Source: Terriglobia bacterium (lineage in GTDB: Bacteria; Acidobacteriota; Terriglobia; 20CM-2-55-15). From it: a DNA stretch of 64,000 nt. Position 1 is the stretch's first letter. The number at the start of each line of letters is the position of its first letter. The translations under genes and the position numbers were made by a program. The DNA is taken from NCBI GenBank assembly GCA_965218585.1, contig CBDCLE010000003.1, forward strand, positions 286,125 to 350,124. Reading direction: 5' to 3'. The notes below the pieces were generated by a model. It was not told where the DNA came from. It saw only the letters and a program-made list of their open reading frames with translations, and ran no database searches. This document shows, in pieces, positions 46,680 to 56,177 of this stretch.

Positions 46680-48049
46680 TTGACGCTATACAAAACATAT
46701 TCAGCATTCCGGATCTTCGGAGGAGAGTCCTGTTCATGCTGGGCATCCTGGCCGTCTACCGTGTTGGCGCGTTCATTCCGACGCCGGGTGTTGATTTCAA
46801 TGCTTTGGAGGCGTTTTTCTCCGAAACGGCTTCGGGTACTGTTCTAGGGTTTTTTGATCTGTTCTCCGGGGGCAATTTCAGCCGCATGACGATCTTCGCT
46901 CTGGGGATCATGCCCTATATCACTGCGTCGATCATCCTGCAGCTGCTGACTGTAGTCTGGCCGTACCTGGAGAAATTGTCCAAAGAAGGTGAGTTGGGAC
47001 GGCGGAAGATCACGACATACACCAGGTACCTGACGATTGTGCTGGCTTCGGTTCAGTCCGGCGGTATCGCTTATGCGCTGCAGCGGGACGGCCAATTCGT
47101 GCTCAACCCGGGACTCGGATTCGTTTTGATGACGATGCTGACCCTGACCACGGGTACGGCCTTCATCATGTGGCTCGGCGAACAGATTTCAGAACGCGGA
47201 ATCGGAAACGGGATGTCGCTGATTATTTTTGCCGGTATCGTCGTCGGATTGCCCAGCGCGATCAGCGAGATTTTCGACAAGTTGAATACCAACGAGTGGT
47301 CTGTCTTGACGCTGATCCTCCTTTTGGGGCTGATGATTTCGGTAGTAGCGTTCATTGTAATGGTCGAACGAGGTCAGCGACGGATCTCGGTCCAGTATGC
47401 GAAGCGAGTTGTCGGCCGTCGCGTCATGGGTGGACAATCGACTCATCTTCCGTTGAGGGTCAACACCGGTGGCGTCATCCCGGTTATTTTCGCCTCTTCG
47501 ATCTTAACGTTTCCGCAGACGTTCGGCTTGGTGTTGAGTGAAAACCGCTTCCTGCAGGGAATCAGCAGTGCGCTGACCTTTGGTGAGCCTCTGTACAACC
47601 TTTTCTTTGTAACGGCGATTATCTTTTTCTGTTACTTCTACACGTCGATCATCTTCAATCCGAACGAAGTCGCCGACAACATGCGCAAGTACGGCGGATT
47701 TATTCCGGGAATCCGTCCAGGCAGGCGCACGGCCGAGTACTTGAATACGATTCTGACGCGGCTGACGCTGGTCGGGGCTCTGTACCTGTCGTTGGTTTCG
47801 ATCCTTCCCGAATTCATGATGACCGGGTTCCACGTCCAGAACATACCGTTCGTTGGCCCAGGCCTGGATGCGGCCCTGCCGCAGTTCGTGACACAAGGCC
47901 TGCAGGTGACCTTTTACTTCGGTGGCACATCACTGTTGATCGTGGTTGGCGTGGCTATGGACACCGTGCAGCAAATCGAGTCACAGCTTGTCATGCGGCA
48001 CTACGACGGTTTTCTCAAGAAGGGGCGAGTTCGCGGGAGGCGAGGCTAG
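46676..48049 (+). CDS. secY: Preprotein translocase subunit SecY
   Basis: LGIMPYITASII, GIGNGMSL, IPGIRPG, GGTSLLI. Confidence 0.99.
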   Translation: MIDAIQNIFSIPDLRRRVLFMLGILAVYRVGAFIPTPGVDFNALEAFFSETASGTVLGFFDLFSGGNFSRMTIFALGIMPYITASIILQLLTVVWPYLEKLSKEGELGRRKITTYTRYLTIVLASVQSGGIAYALQRDGQFVLNPGLGFVLMTMLTLTTGTAFIMWLGEQISERGIGNGMSLIIFAGIVVGLPSAISEIFDKLNTNEWSVLTLILLLGLMISVVAFIVMVERGQRRISVQYAKRVVGRRVMGGQSTHLPLRVNTGGVIPVIFASSILTFPQTFGLVLSENRFLQGISSALTFGEPLYNLFFVTAIIFFCYFYTSIIFNPNEVADNMRKYGGFIPGIRPGRRTAEYLNTILTRLTLVGALYLSLVSILPEFMMTGFHVQNIPFVGPGLDAALPQFVTQGLQVTFYFGGTSLLIVVGVAMDTVQQIESQLVMRHYDGFLKKGRVRGRRG

Positions 48050-48051
48050 TC

Positions 48052-48717
48052 GTGTCGAGGAACGTAGTCATCTTGTTGGGGCCGCCGGGAGCTGGGAAGG
48101 GGACCCAGGCGAAGGCCGTAACCGAACAGTTGGGGTTGCCCCAGATTTCAACCGGAGACATGCTCCGGGATGCTGTCGCCCGCAAGACCGAATTTGGCAT
48201 TGAAGCTAAGAAAGTCATGGAGGCAGGAGATCTTGTGAGTGATCAGCTGGTCAACGGCATCGTGGTTGAGCGGATCGCCGCACCCGATTGCGCTGGTGGT
48301 TTCATCCTCGACGGTTATCCGCGGAATGTGAGCCAGGCCGAAATGTTTGGAGCCGAACTCGGAAGCGGCGACGATCTTCTGGTGATCGAGCTTGCCGTAG
48401 ATACTGATTTTTTGGTGCGGCGCTTGACCGCACGACGTACGTGTGAACAATGCGGAGCGATTTATAACCTCGATAGCAGACCCCCAAGACAAGACGGAGT
48501 CTGTGATGTGTGTGGGGGAAACTTGGTGCAGCGGGCCGACGACACCGAAGAAGTGATTCGGGACCGCATGAAAACCTATAGAACTGAAACCGAACCCCTG
48601 GTGGACTACTACCGGGAACGCGGTGTCTATCGTCAGATCGACGGGATGGGTCCGATTGATCGGGTCTCAAGAGACCTGGTATCGATCATAGGACTTCCCG
48701 TAGGTCAGGGAGAGTAG
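48052..48717 (+). CDS. adk: Adenylate kinase (Zn-lid type)
   Basis: GPPGAGKGTQ, LDGYPR, CEQC/CDVC lid. Confidence 0.98.
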   Translation: MSRNVVILLGPPGAGKGTQAKAVTEQLGLPQISTGDMLRDAVARKTEFGIEAKKVMEAGDLVSDQLVNGIVVERIAAPDCAGGFILDGYPRNVSQAEMFGAELGSGDDLLVIELAVDTDFLVRRLTARRTCEQCGAIYNLDSRPPRQDGVCDVCGGNLVQRADDTEEVIRDRMKTYRTETEPLVDYYRERGVYRQIDGMGPIDRVSRDLVSIIGLPVGQGE

Positions 48718-48723
48718 CCCGGT

Positions 48724-48942
48724 TTGCCGAAAGAAGATGCGATTGAAGTAATGGCCACGGTCATCGAGCACCTTCCCAACGCGATGTTTAAAGTAGAGCT
48801 GGAGAACAAGCATCAGGTCCTTGCACACATTTCAGGAAAGATGCGCAAAAACTTTATACGCATTCTTCCCGGAGACAGGGTGGCTGTGGAGTTGTCGCCC
48901 TACGATCTGACGCGGGGTCGGATCGTTTATCGATATAAATAG
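48724..48942 (+). CDS. infA: Translation initiation factor IF-1
   Basis: [17 protein letters not shown]. Confidence 0.98.
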   Translation: MPKEDAIEVMATVIEHLPNAMFKVELENKHQVLAHISGKMRKNFIRILPGDRVAVELSPYDLTRGRIVYRYK

Positions 48943-48947
48943 GACTT

Positions 48948-49042
48948 GTAGGTGCGGGGTCGCCGCCCACAGCCGGCGACTGTAGCGTTTCTAAGCATGG
49001 GGCCCACCGTCCTTTGGCCGGTCCTCCCATGCTGGACCGCAC
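48948..49042. repeat. Composite repeat: family-1 REP split by a hairpin and a family-2 palindrome
   Basis: GTAGGTGCGG (48948-57) ... GACCGCAC (49035-42) enclose gtcgccg/cggcgac and agcatggg...cccatgct. Confidence 0.65.
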
Positions 49043-49063
49043 AAGGCAGAGAGTTTGGAAGTT

Positions 49064-49177
49064 ATGAAAGTAAGAGCATCGGTCAAAAAGATTTGCGATA
49101 AGTGCAAGTTGGTGCACCGCCGCGGTGTTGTCCGCGTCATCTGCTCCAACCCGAAACACAAGCAGCGCCAGGGGTGA
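49064..49177 (+). CDS. rpmJ: 50S ribosomal protein L36
   Basis: Manual translation, 37 aa: [37 protein letters not shown]. Confidence 0.98.
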   Translation: MKVRASVKKICDKCKLVHRRGVVRVICSNPKHKQRQG

Positions 49178-49228
49178 ATTAGCTGACCGAACGTCGGCCG
49201 GTTGCTGAGGGCTGAACACGAGGTTTTT

Positions 49229-49615
49229 ATGGCACGAATAGCTGGAGTGGATCTTCCGCCGAACAAGAGGATCGAAATCGGCTTGACCTATATCTTTGGG
49301 ATTGGCAGGTCACTGGCGACAAAGATCGTGATCGACGCCGGTATCAGCCCGGACCGTATGGTCAGGGATCTGAACGACGAAGAGACCACAAAGATTCGAA
49401 AACTCATCGAAGAGGATTACAACGTTGAAGGTGATCTCCGCAAGGAAATCTCCTTCAACATCAAGCGCTTGATGGAAATCGGGTCCTATAGGGGGTTCAG
49501 GCATCGGAGAAGTTTGCCGGCGAGAGGTCAGAGGACACACACGAATGCCCGCACCCGGAAGGGTCCGAAGCGGGGCGCCGTGGCGATTCGGAGGAAGGCG
49601 ACCGCAAAGACATAA
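49229..49615 (+). CDS. rpsM: 30S ribosomal protein S13
   Basis: [24 protein letters not shown]. Confidence 0.98.
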   Translation: MARIAGVDLPPNKRIEIGLTYIFGIGRSLATKIVIDAGISPDRMVRDLNDEETTKIRKLIEEDYNVEGDLRKEISFNIKRLMEIGSYRGFRHRRSLPARGQRTHTNARTRKGPKRGAVAIRRKATAKT

Positions 49616-49678
49616 CGAACAGTGTTTGAAGAGCATGCGATGGGACGGCGGGCCCGACGCTAATATAGGATTTGTCTT

Positions 49679-50068
49679 ATGGCCAAAGGGAAGAAGACAG
49701 GAAAGAAGCGCGAAAAGAAAATCGTTCCGACGGGGCACGTTTACATTCAGGCTACCTTCAACAACACGATCGTGACGATTTCCGATACTGATGGAAACGT
49801 CGTGTGTTGGTCCAGTGCCGGGTCTCTTGGTTTCAGGGGTTCCCGAAAAGGGACTCCGTTTGCAGCCCAGCAGGCATCGGTGACGGCTGCTAACAAGGCA
49901 CGGGACATGGGTATGAGGACGATCGAAGTAAGCGTCAAAGGCCCGGGATCGGGTCGCGACTCCGCGATTCGCGGTTTGCAGAACGCCGGCTTGGAAATTC
50001 GTGCGATCCGAGATGTCACCCCAATCCCGCACAATGGCTGCCGCCCGCCAAAGAAGCGGAGGGTTTGA
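49679..50068 (+). CDS. rpsK: 30S ribosomal protein S11
   Basis: [19 protein letters not shown]. Confidence 0.99.
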   Translation: MAKGKKTGKKREKKIVPTGHVYIQATFNNTIVTISDTDGNVVCWSSAGSLGFRGSRKGTPFAAQQASVTAANKARDMGMRTIEVSVKGPGSGRDSAIRGLQNAGLEIRAIRDVTPIPHNGCRPPKKRRV

Positions 50069-50104
50069 TGGAAGAAATGAGATCCATGAACGGAGGAAGA
50101 TCCA

Positions 50105-50728
50105 TTGGCTAGATACGCGGGGCCTGTTTGTCGGCTGTGCCGCCGGGAAGGAATGAAGCTGTTCCTCAAGGGTGAACGGTGTTTCAAACCGTCGTGTGCC
50201 ATCGAGAAACGCAATTACATACCCGGCGAGCATGGCCGTGATCGAAGGGCGAAGATCATGGGCTACGGCCTGCAGCTTAGAGAAAAGCAGAAGGTCAAGC
50301 GGATGTACGGAGTTCTGGAACACCAGTTCCGCTTGTACTTTGAGCGCGCCGTCCGCCAAAAGGGCGTTACAGGCGAAAACCTTCTTTCTCAGTTGGAGCG
50401 GCGTCTCGACAACGTTGTGCTTCGGCTTGGACTTGCCGCTTCCCACGCCCAGGCCAGGCAGTTTGTTCGTCACGGTCACATACGGGTGAACAGCAGAAAG
50501 GTGAACGTTCCTTCTTTTCTGGTGCGTATAGGTGACGAAGTGACCATTAAGGAAAAGTCCCGGAAGAACGTTCAGATTCTCGGCGCTATGGAGATCAGCC
50601 AGGCGGTGCCGGCCTGGCTGGAAATCGATCCCAATTCAATGACTGGGAAGGTCCTGGCGCTGCCAAAACGTGACGATATTTCGATGCCAATCGAAGAGCA
50701 CATGATTGTCGAGTTGTACTCGAAATAA
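50105..50728 (+). CDS. rpsD: 30S ribosomal protein S4
   Basis: [26 protein letters not shown]. Confidence 0.98.
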   Translation: MARYAGPVCRLCRREGMKLFLKGERCFKPSCAIEKRNYIPGEHGRDRRAKIMGYGLQLREKQKVKRMYGVLEHQFRLYFERAVRQKGVTGENLLSQLERRLDNVVLRLGLAASHAQARQFVRHGHIRVNSRKVNVPSFLVRIGDEVTIKEKSRKNVQILGAMEISQAVPAWLEIDPNSMTGKVLALPKRDDISMPIEEHMIVELYSK

Positions 50729-50794
50729 TCAGACAAAGACCCGGTCTTGGCGGATACGCTGCGGGCCGGATGACAATACCGAGGTCAAACATAC

Positions 50795-51802
50795 ATGCTT
50801 TGGAAAGGTTTTCAGAAACCGAAGAGATTGGTTATGGATTCGGGCACGGCGACCGAAAACTATGCCGTGTTCAGCGCGCAGCCGTTCGAGCGGGGCTTTG
50901 GAACGACGATCGGCAACGCGCTTAGACGAGTGCTGCTTTCGTCGATCGAAGGCGCTGCAGTAACTGCGCTAAAGATGGAGGGAGTGTTACACGAATTTTC
51001 GTCAATTCCCGGTGTTGTGGAAGATGCGACCGACATCATCCTGAACTTGAAGCAGATTCCCATCAAACTGCACAGCGAAGAGGCGACAACGATCCACCTG
51101 AAGGCGACCGAAGCAGGTGTATATACCTCGAAAAGCATTGAGCATGGTCCTGAGATCGAAATTTTCGATGACGATATTTACATCGCAACGGTCAGCAGCG
51201 GTGGTTCCCTGGATCTGGAAATGCGGGTCAAGAATGGCCGCGGGTACGTATCGGCGGACCAGAACTTCGACGAAGACCTTGGGATTGGCTACATTCCTGT
51301 CGATTCGGTGCACTCTCCGGTACGGAAGGTAAATCACTACATAGAAGCAGCTCGACTCGGACAGGTAACTGACTACGACAAGCTCACAGTCGAGTTGTGG
51401 ACCAACGCTACGATTACGCCTCAGGACGCGCTTGGGTTGGCAGCGAAACTGGTCAAGGATCACATACAGATCTTCATTCAGTTTGAGGAAAAGGATGAGC
51501 CGGAAGAGGAACCGACTGAAGTGCAGCAAGATGCAGTAATGGAGCATCTGAATAAATCGGTCGACGAACTAGAGCTTTCAGTACGCTCCTACAACTGTCT
51601 GAAGAATGCCAGCATCCGAACGATTGGAGAACTCGTACAGCGGACTGAGGCCGAAATGCTGAAGACCAAAAACTTTGGCCGCAAGTCGCTAAACGAAATT
51701 AAGGAGATTCTGTCTTCGATGAACCTGGGTCTCGGAATGCGGCTGGACGAACACGGTCGTCCGGTGAGCTCTGGTATTCCTGTAGAGCAGAGCGTCGAGT
51801 AA
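50795..51802 (+). CDS. rpoA: RNA polymerase alpha subunit
   Basis: [31 protein letters not shown]. Confidence 0.99.
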   Translation: MLWKGFQKPKRLVMDSGTATENYAVFSAQPFERGFGTTIGNALRRVLLSSIEGAAVTALKMEGVLHEFSSIPGVVEDATDIILNLKQIPIKLHSEEATTIHLKATEAGVYTSKSIEHGPEIEIFDDDIYIATVSSGGSLDLEMRVKNGRGYVSADQNFDEDLGIGYIPVDSVHSPVRKVNHYIEAARLGQVTDYDKLTVELWTNATITPQDALGLAAKLVKDHIQIFIQFEEKDEPEEEPTEVQQDAVMEHLNKSVDELELSVRSYNCLKNASIRTIGELVQRTEAEMLKTKNFGRKSLNEIKEILSSMNLGLGMRLDEHGRPVSSGIPVEQSVE

Positions 51803-51841
51803 CATTGAGCGTGTCCCGTTCGCATGGGAGCTCGGTAAGGT

Positions 51842-52321
51842 ATGAGACATAAGATAGCTGGAAGGAAACTGGGTAGGAACCCGTCGCACCGGCGTGCGAT
51901 GCTTCGTAACCTGGTAACGTCCTTCCTGGAACACGAGAGACTGGTCACTACTCTTCCCAAAGCGAAAGAAGTTCGACCTATTGCAGAGAAGATGATCACG
52001 CTTGGGAAACGCGACACGTTGCATGCCAGGCGACAAGTAAGCGCGTTTCTACTAGATGATTCCACGACCAAGAAGGTCTTCGACACAATTGCGCCGCGGT
52101 TCAGCGACAGGCCTGGCGGTTACAGCCGGATCGTTCGATTAGGTCCGCGAGTTGGTGATGGAGCGGACGTTGCCGTGATCGAACTCCTGGGCAGTGAGCT
52201 GGAAGCGAAGAAGGCCAAGGAAGCAAAATCCGAAGCAACAGAAGCCAAGGCGTCCGCGGAATCGGACAGCACGGAATCTGAGAACACGGACGACGAAAAG
52301 GATGCAGAGGAGAAAGAGTAG
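51842..52321 (+). CDS. rplQ: 50S ribosomal protein L17
   Basis: MRHK...LGR and RPGGYSRI; acidic tail. Confidence 0.98.
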   Translation: MRHKIAGRKLGRNPSHRRAMLRNLVTSFLEHERLVTTLPKAKEVRPIAEKMITLGKRDTLHARRQVSAFLLDDSTTKKVFDTIAPRFSDRPGGYSRIVRLGPRVGDGADVAVIELLGSELEAKKAKEAKSEATEAKASAESDSTESENTDDEKDAEEKE

Positions 52322-52350
52322 CCGCCCCCGAACATGATCTGAATCTTAAC

Positions 52351-52383
52351 AGCCCCATTTTCATCAGGAAATGGGGCTTATTT
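52351..52383 (+). terminator. Putative intrinsic terminator of the alpha operon
   Basis: Stem agccccattt / aaatggggct followed by tattt. Confidence 0.6.
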
Positions 52384-52399
52384 GGGTAACGACCTTTCT

Positions 52400-52424
52400 G
52401 TGCGCTGATAGAGCGCACTCACAG
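52400..52424 (-). repeat. REP-like palindrome, family 1 (single copy)
   Basis: gtgcgctgatagagcgcac, 1 mismatch to 40470-40488. Confidence 0.8.
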
Positions 52425-52519
52425 AAAAACATTTAGACCAAAGCGAGTTCGTTGAGATGCCCTGAATAGCAAACGCCTAGGGCACGCCGCTGGGCGGCTT
52501 TTGATCTCGGAGGAAATCA

Positions 52520-54478
52520 ATGCAGGACTTCACAGGAATCGCACCCATCCTTGGCGTGATTGGTCTGGCAGTGGCCGGGTTCATATATATGGGCATTACC
52601 CGTATGTCTGCCGGGTCGGATCGAATGCAGGAAATTGCCGACAGCATTCATCTTGGAGCGATGGTGTTTCTCAAACGTGAGTACACGATCGTGTCGATTT
52701 TCGTTGCTGCGATTTTTGTTGTCCTGAGCCTCGTGCTTAGCATATGGACCGGCGTTGCTTTTCTGACGGGCGCGGCCTTTTCGATGATTGCCGGATTCTT
52801 CGGCATGAAGGCGGCGACCCGGGCTAACGTCCGAACGACACAAGCAGCCAAAGACGGGGGTACGAGCGCAGCCCTGACTGTGGCTTTCAACGGTGGGGCG
52901 GTCATGGGGATCTCGGTGGCCTCGCTCGGCCTCTTGGGGATTGGGATCTGGTATATGGTCACCCAGGACCCCGTCATCATCAACGGTTTCGCGATGGGTG
53001 CCAGTTCGATTGCCCTTTTTGCGCGCGTCGGAGGTGGGATATTCACCAAGAGTGCGGATGTCGGAGCCGATCTGGTCGGGAAGGTCGAAGCTGGAATTCC
53101 AGAAGATGATCCGCGAAACCCTGCGACGATTGCTGACAACGTCGGCGACTGCGTTGGAGACACGGCGGGCATGGGCGCGGATCTGTTCGAATCCTATGTC
53201 GGTTCTGTTATTGCGACGATGGCCATCGGCGCGGTACTCGGCACTGGGCTCAACTCGATGGCGCTGCCGCTTCTTTTGATCATGGCAGGCCTCGTGTCTT
53301 CACTGATCGGTGTCTTTTCTATCAGTATCTTCAAGAAGATGGATCCTGAGCGTGCGCTCCACATGCCGACTTATCTGGCAGGCGCGCTGTTTCTTGTGGG
53401 CGCCTTCGTGATCGTCAATTCTGTGATGGGAGAGCTTTCCACGTTCTGGGCAGTCCTGGCGGGCCTCATCGCAGGTGTGTTGATTGGTTTCGAGTCCGAG
53501 TACTATACCTCGGGTCGACCGATTGTGAAGATTGCCGAATCCAGCCAGACTGGCCCCGCCACGACTATAATCAGCGGTTTGGCGATCGGAATGGAAAGCA
53601 CGCTGCTGCCGATCCTTACTATTTGCGGCGCCATTTACATTTCATTCAGCCTGAGTGGCCTGTATGGGATAGCCATAGCTGCGGTAGGGATGCTGTCAAC
53701 GATCGGTGTAACGATGGCTGTCGATGCATACGGACCCATCGCGGACAACGCCGGTGGCATTTCTGAGATGTCGGCAGCCGGTCCCGAGATTCGTAAGATC
53801 ACGGATCGCCTGGATGCGTTGGGCAACACGACGGCCGCCATCGGCAAAGGCTTCGCCATTGGGTCGGCTGCGTTGACTGCCTTGGCGTTGTTTTCAGCGT
53901 ACACGCAGACAGTGGGCCTGACGTCCATCAGCTTGACGGAAGCCAATGTGGTCGTGGGTCTCTTTCTGGGAGGGGTCATGCCCTACGTGTTGGCCTCGCT
54001 GACAATGAACGCCGTTGGCCGCGCCGCCTTCAAGATGGTCAACGAGGTACGTCGTCAGTTCCGCGAAATACCGGGTCTGATGGAGGGGACGGCGAAACCC
54101 GACTATGCCACCTGTGTCTCGATCGCAACTTCGGGTGCTCTTAACGAGATGGTTCTTCCTGGTGTACTTGCCGTGGGGACGCCGGTATTCATCGGATTTG
54201 CCTTTGGCGCAGAAACATTGGGTGGTTTCCTCGGAGGTGCCACAGTGAGCGGCGTTCTGCTTGCAATCATGATGTCAAATGGCGGTGGCGCCTGGGACAA
54301 TGCCAAGAAATACATCGAAGCTGGAAATTTGGGTGGTAAGGGATCAGACGCTCATAAGGCCGCTGTCGTAGGAGACACGGTTGGGGATCCTTTCAAAGAC
54401 ACATCCGGACCGTCGATGAATATTCTCATCAAGTTAATGTCGATCGTGTCGCTGGTCATGGCTCCGCTGCTGGTTTAG
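52520..54478 (+). CDS. hppA: Membrane-integral pyrophosphatase, K+-dependent type (probably Na+-translocating)
   Basis: [38 protein letters not shown] carries Ala rather than Lys at the K+ determinant; DLFESY. Confidence 0.95.
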   Translation: MQDFTGIAPILGVIGLAVAGFIYMGITRMSAGSDRMQEIADSIHLGAMVFLKREYTIVSIFVAAIFVVLSLVLSIWTGVAFLTGAAFSMIAGFFGMKAATRANVRTTQAAKDGGTSAALTVAFNGGAVMGISVASLGLLGIGIWYMVTQDPVIINGFAMGASSIALFARVGGGIFTKSADVGADLVGKVEAGIPEDDPRNPATIADNVGDCVGDTAGMGADLFESYVGSVIATMAIGAVLGTGLNSMALPLLLIMAGLVSSLIGVFSISIFKKMDPERALHMPTYLAGALFLVGAFVIVNSVMGELSTFWAVLAGLIAGVLIGFESEYYTSGRPIVKIAESSQTGPATTIISGLAIGMESTLLPILTICGAIYISFSLSGLYGIAIAAVGMLSTIGVTMAVDAYGPIADNAGGISEMSAAGPEIRKITDRLDALGNTTAAIGKGFAIGSAALTALALFSAYTQTVGLTSISLTEANVVVGLFLGGVMPYVLASLTMNAVGRAAFKMVNEVRRQFREIPGLMEGTAKPDYATCVSIATSGALNEMVLPGVLAVGTPVFIGFAFGAETLGGFLGGATVSGVLLAIMMSNGGGAWDNAKKYIEAGNLGGKGSDAHKAAVVGDTVGDPFKDTSGPSMNILIKLMSIVSLVMAPLLV

Positions 54479-54677
54479 AGTTCACCTTTCCACAGCTTCG
54501 AAAAAGGCATTTCGCTCGGTCGTTCATTCAGACATCCTGTCTGAACGACCGGCGGCCCTCGCCATCATCCTGATGGCGAGGCCTATATTCGAGCTTCCTG
54601 AATTTCTGTTCCTTCGTACTGAAAATCCTATCCCCACTAGTCCCGGTTTTGCTCGATTTTGAGGGTATGATACGTCT

Positions 54678-55307
54678 ATGGATGAGAATTCTCCCGAGCA
54701 AGTCGAGCCCGAAGCTCAGGTTCCGGACTCCCAGGCTGATGATGCAGCCGAGGGCGATGTCGTTGAGGAATCCGGCGCTGAGGAGGTCGGTGACGGTCCG
54801 TTCTCGCTCGACCTTCCTGGCGGTAAACCCAGATTCGACTACCTGCGGATAATTGCGGGAACGTTCATTGGCCTTGTCATCGTGGGCATTGTCTTATTTT
54901 CGGTAACAGATCTCTCTTCGCTCATCTTGCCGATGGAAGACCGCTATCTCGATGTGCTGGTTCCGCCAACCGAAGACGGATCCGAACCGTTTGTGCTCGA
55001 CCAACTGGAACAACAGCTGGAGGGCAACACGCTTTCAGTTGATGGTCTGATGACCAACATGAGTTCCGAAGATGTTGAGAATGTTATCGCCGTTATCAGA
55101 GCTGAAGAAACCACGGGCCGATTTCCGGCGACGTTGGAAATTCTGGTAATCCCTTCGATCCTGGCTCCGGAAGAATCCGGCTCGTTTTCCATGACGGTTA
55201 CTCTTCGAGAGAAACCTAACAGCTACTCTATCCGCTTTAAGTTGGAAAACGGTCCGTTCGTCCCGCACAGGGATGAACGTGGCTTTGGATTTTTCAGCGT
55301 GCCCTGA
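54678..55307 (+). CDS. Single-pass membrane protein with acidic N-terminus and beta-rich (FxLYD/Ig-like) C-terminal domain
   Basis: One TM segment (IIAGTFIGLVIVGIVLF); G-x-x-x-N...L-x-P-x-E-x-x-x-F pattern. Fold is inferred. Confidence 0.6.
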   Translation: MDENSPEQVEPEAQVPDSQADDAAEGDVVEESGAEEVGDGPFSLDLPGGKPRFDYLRIIAGTFIGLVIVGIVLFSVTDLSSLILPMEDRYLDVLVPPTEDGSEPFVLDQLEQQLEGNTLSVDGLMTNMSSEDVENVIAVIRAEETTGRFPATLEILVIPSILAPEESGSFSMTVTLREKPNSYSIRFKLENGPFVPHRDERGFGFFSVP

Positions 55308-55366
55308 CAACGCCCTGCCGGAACAGCCGGCAACTCTCGAGGTTGCTGGAGAGAAGGAGTTTCTCC

Positions 55367-55654
55367 ATGTCCGCTTATGTTGTTGTACAGATTGAGGTGC
55401 ACGATCCCGAGACGTTTGAGGAATACAGAGCTCTCGTATCTCCTACTGTCGAGTCTTATGGTGGCCGGTACGTCGTTCGCGGCGGGGCAATTGAAACTCT
55501 TGAAGGTGGCTGGAATCCATCCCGCTTCGTAATCCTTGAGTTCGACAGCGTGGAACGGGCCAAGGCCTGGTGGTCTTCTGAAGAATACCGGGCTCCCAAG
55601 GAGTTTCGTCTCAAGGCAGCAAGTTCCCAGATGATCGTCGCTGAGGGGATCTGA
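55367..55654 (+). CDS. DUF1330 family protein
   Basis: MSAYVVV...YGGRYVVRGG...LEG...ILEFDS...WWSSEEY; SD aaggag. Confidence 0.88.
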   Translation: MSAYVVVQIEVHDPETFEEYRALVSPTVESYGGRYVVRGGAIETLEGGWNPSRFVILEFDSVERAKAWWSSEEYRAPKEFRLKAASSQMIVAEGI

Positions 55655-55671
55655 AGAAAAGGTGGATCCGA

Positions 55672-56145
55672 ATGAAAGAAGCGTTTAAGTCCCAGTTCCA
55701 GGCAAGTCATGAGTTTTTCGAGCGCAGTTCACGCGCTCTCACCGAAGATGACTCCCGTTTTGCGCCTGCCGACGGTATGTTTTCGGCGGCCCAACAGGTT
55801 GCGCATGTAGCACAGACCATCGATTGGTTCATGGATGGGGCCTTCAATCCAAATGGTTTCGACACGGACTTCGAAGCCCACTACAAAGAAGTCCGTGGGG
55901 TGGATTCCCTGGACCGAGCACGTGCGTGGCTCAAACGAGCCGTCGAAAACGCAAGCCGTCTTATCGAGGAGAAAACCGAAGAAGAGTGGTCGGCGCCGTT
56001 GCCTGAAGGGCCCGTCATGGGTGGGCAGCCACGGCACAGTGTGTTCCTCGGAATCTCCGACCATACCGCGCATCATCGAGGTGCTCTGACCACGTACACC
56101 AGACTCTGCGGCAAGGAACCACCTAATCCATATGCGGACGTTTGA
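55672..56145 (+). CDS. DinB/YfiT-like metalloprotein
   Basis: QQVAHVA and HTAHHRGAL His triad; PP at C-terminus. Confidence 0.88.
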   Translation: MKEAFKSQFQASHEFFERSSRALTEDDSRFAPADGMFSAAQQVAHVAQTIDWFMDGAFNPNGFDTDFEAHYKEVRGVDSLDRARAWLKRAVENASRLIEEKTEEEWSAPLPEGPVMGGQPRHSVFLGISDHTAHHRGALTTYTRLCGKEPPNPYADV

Positions 56146-56177
56146 GGTTTTCTCGCAACATAGAGTAAGGACAGTGA

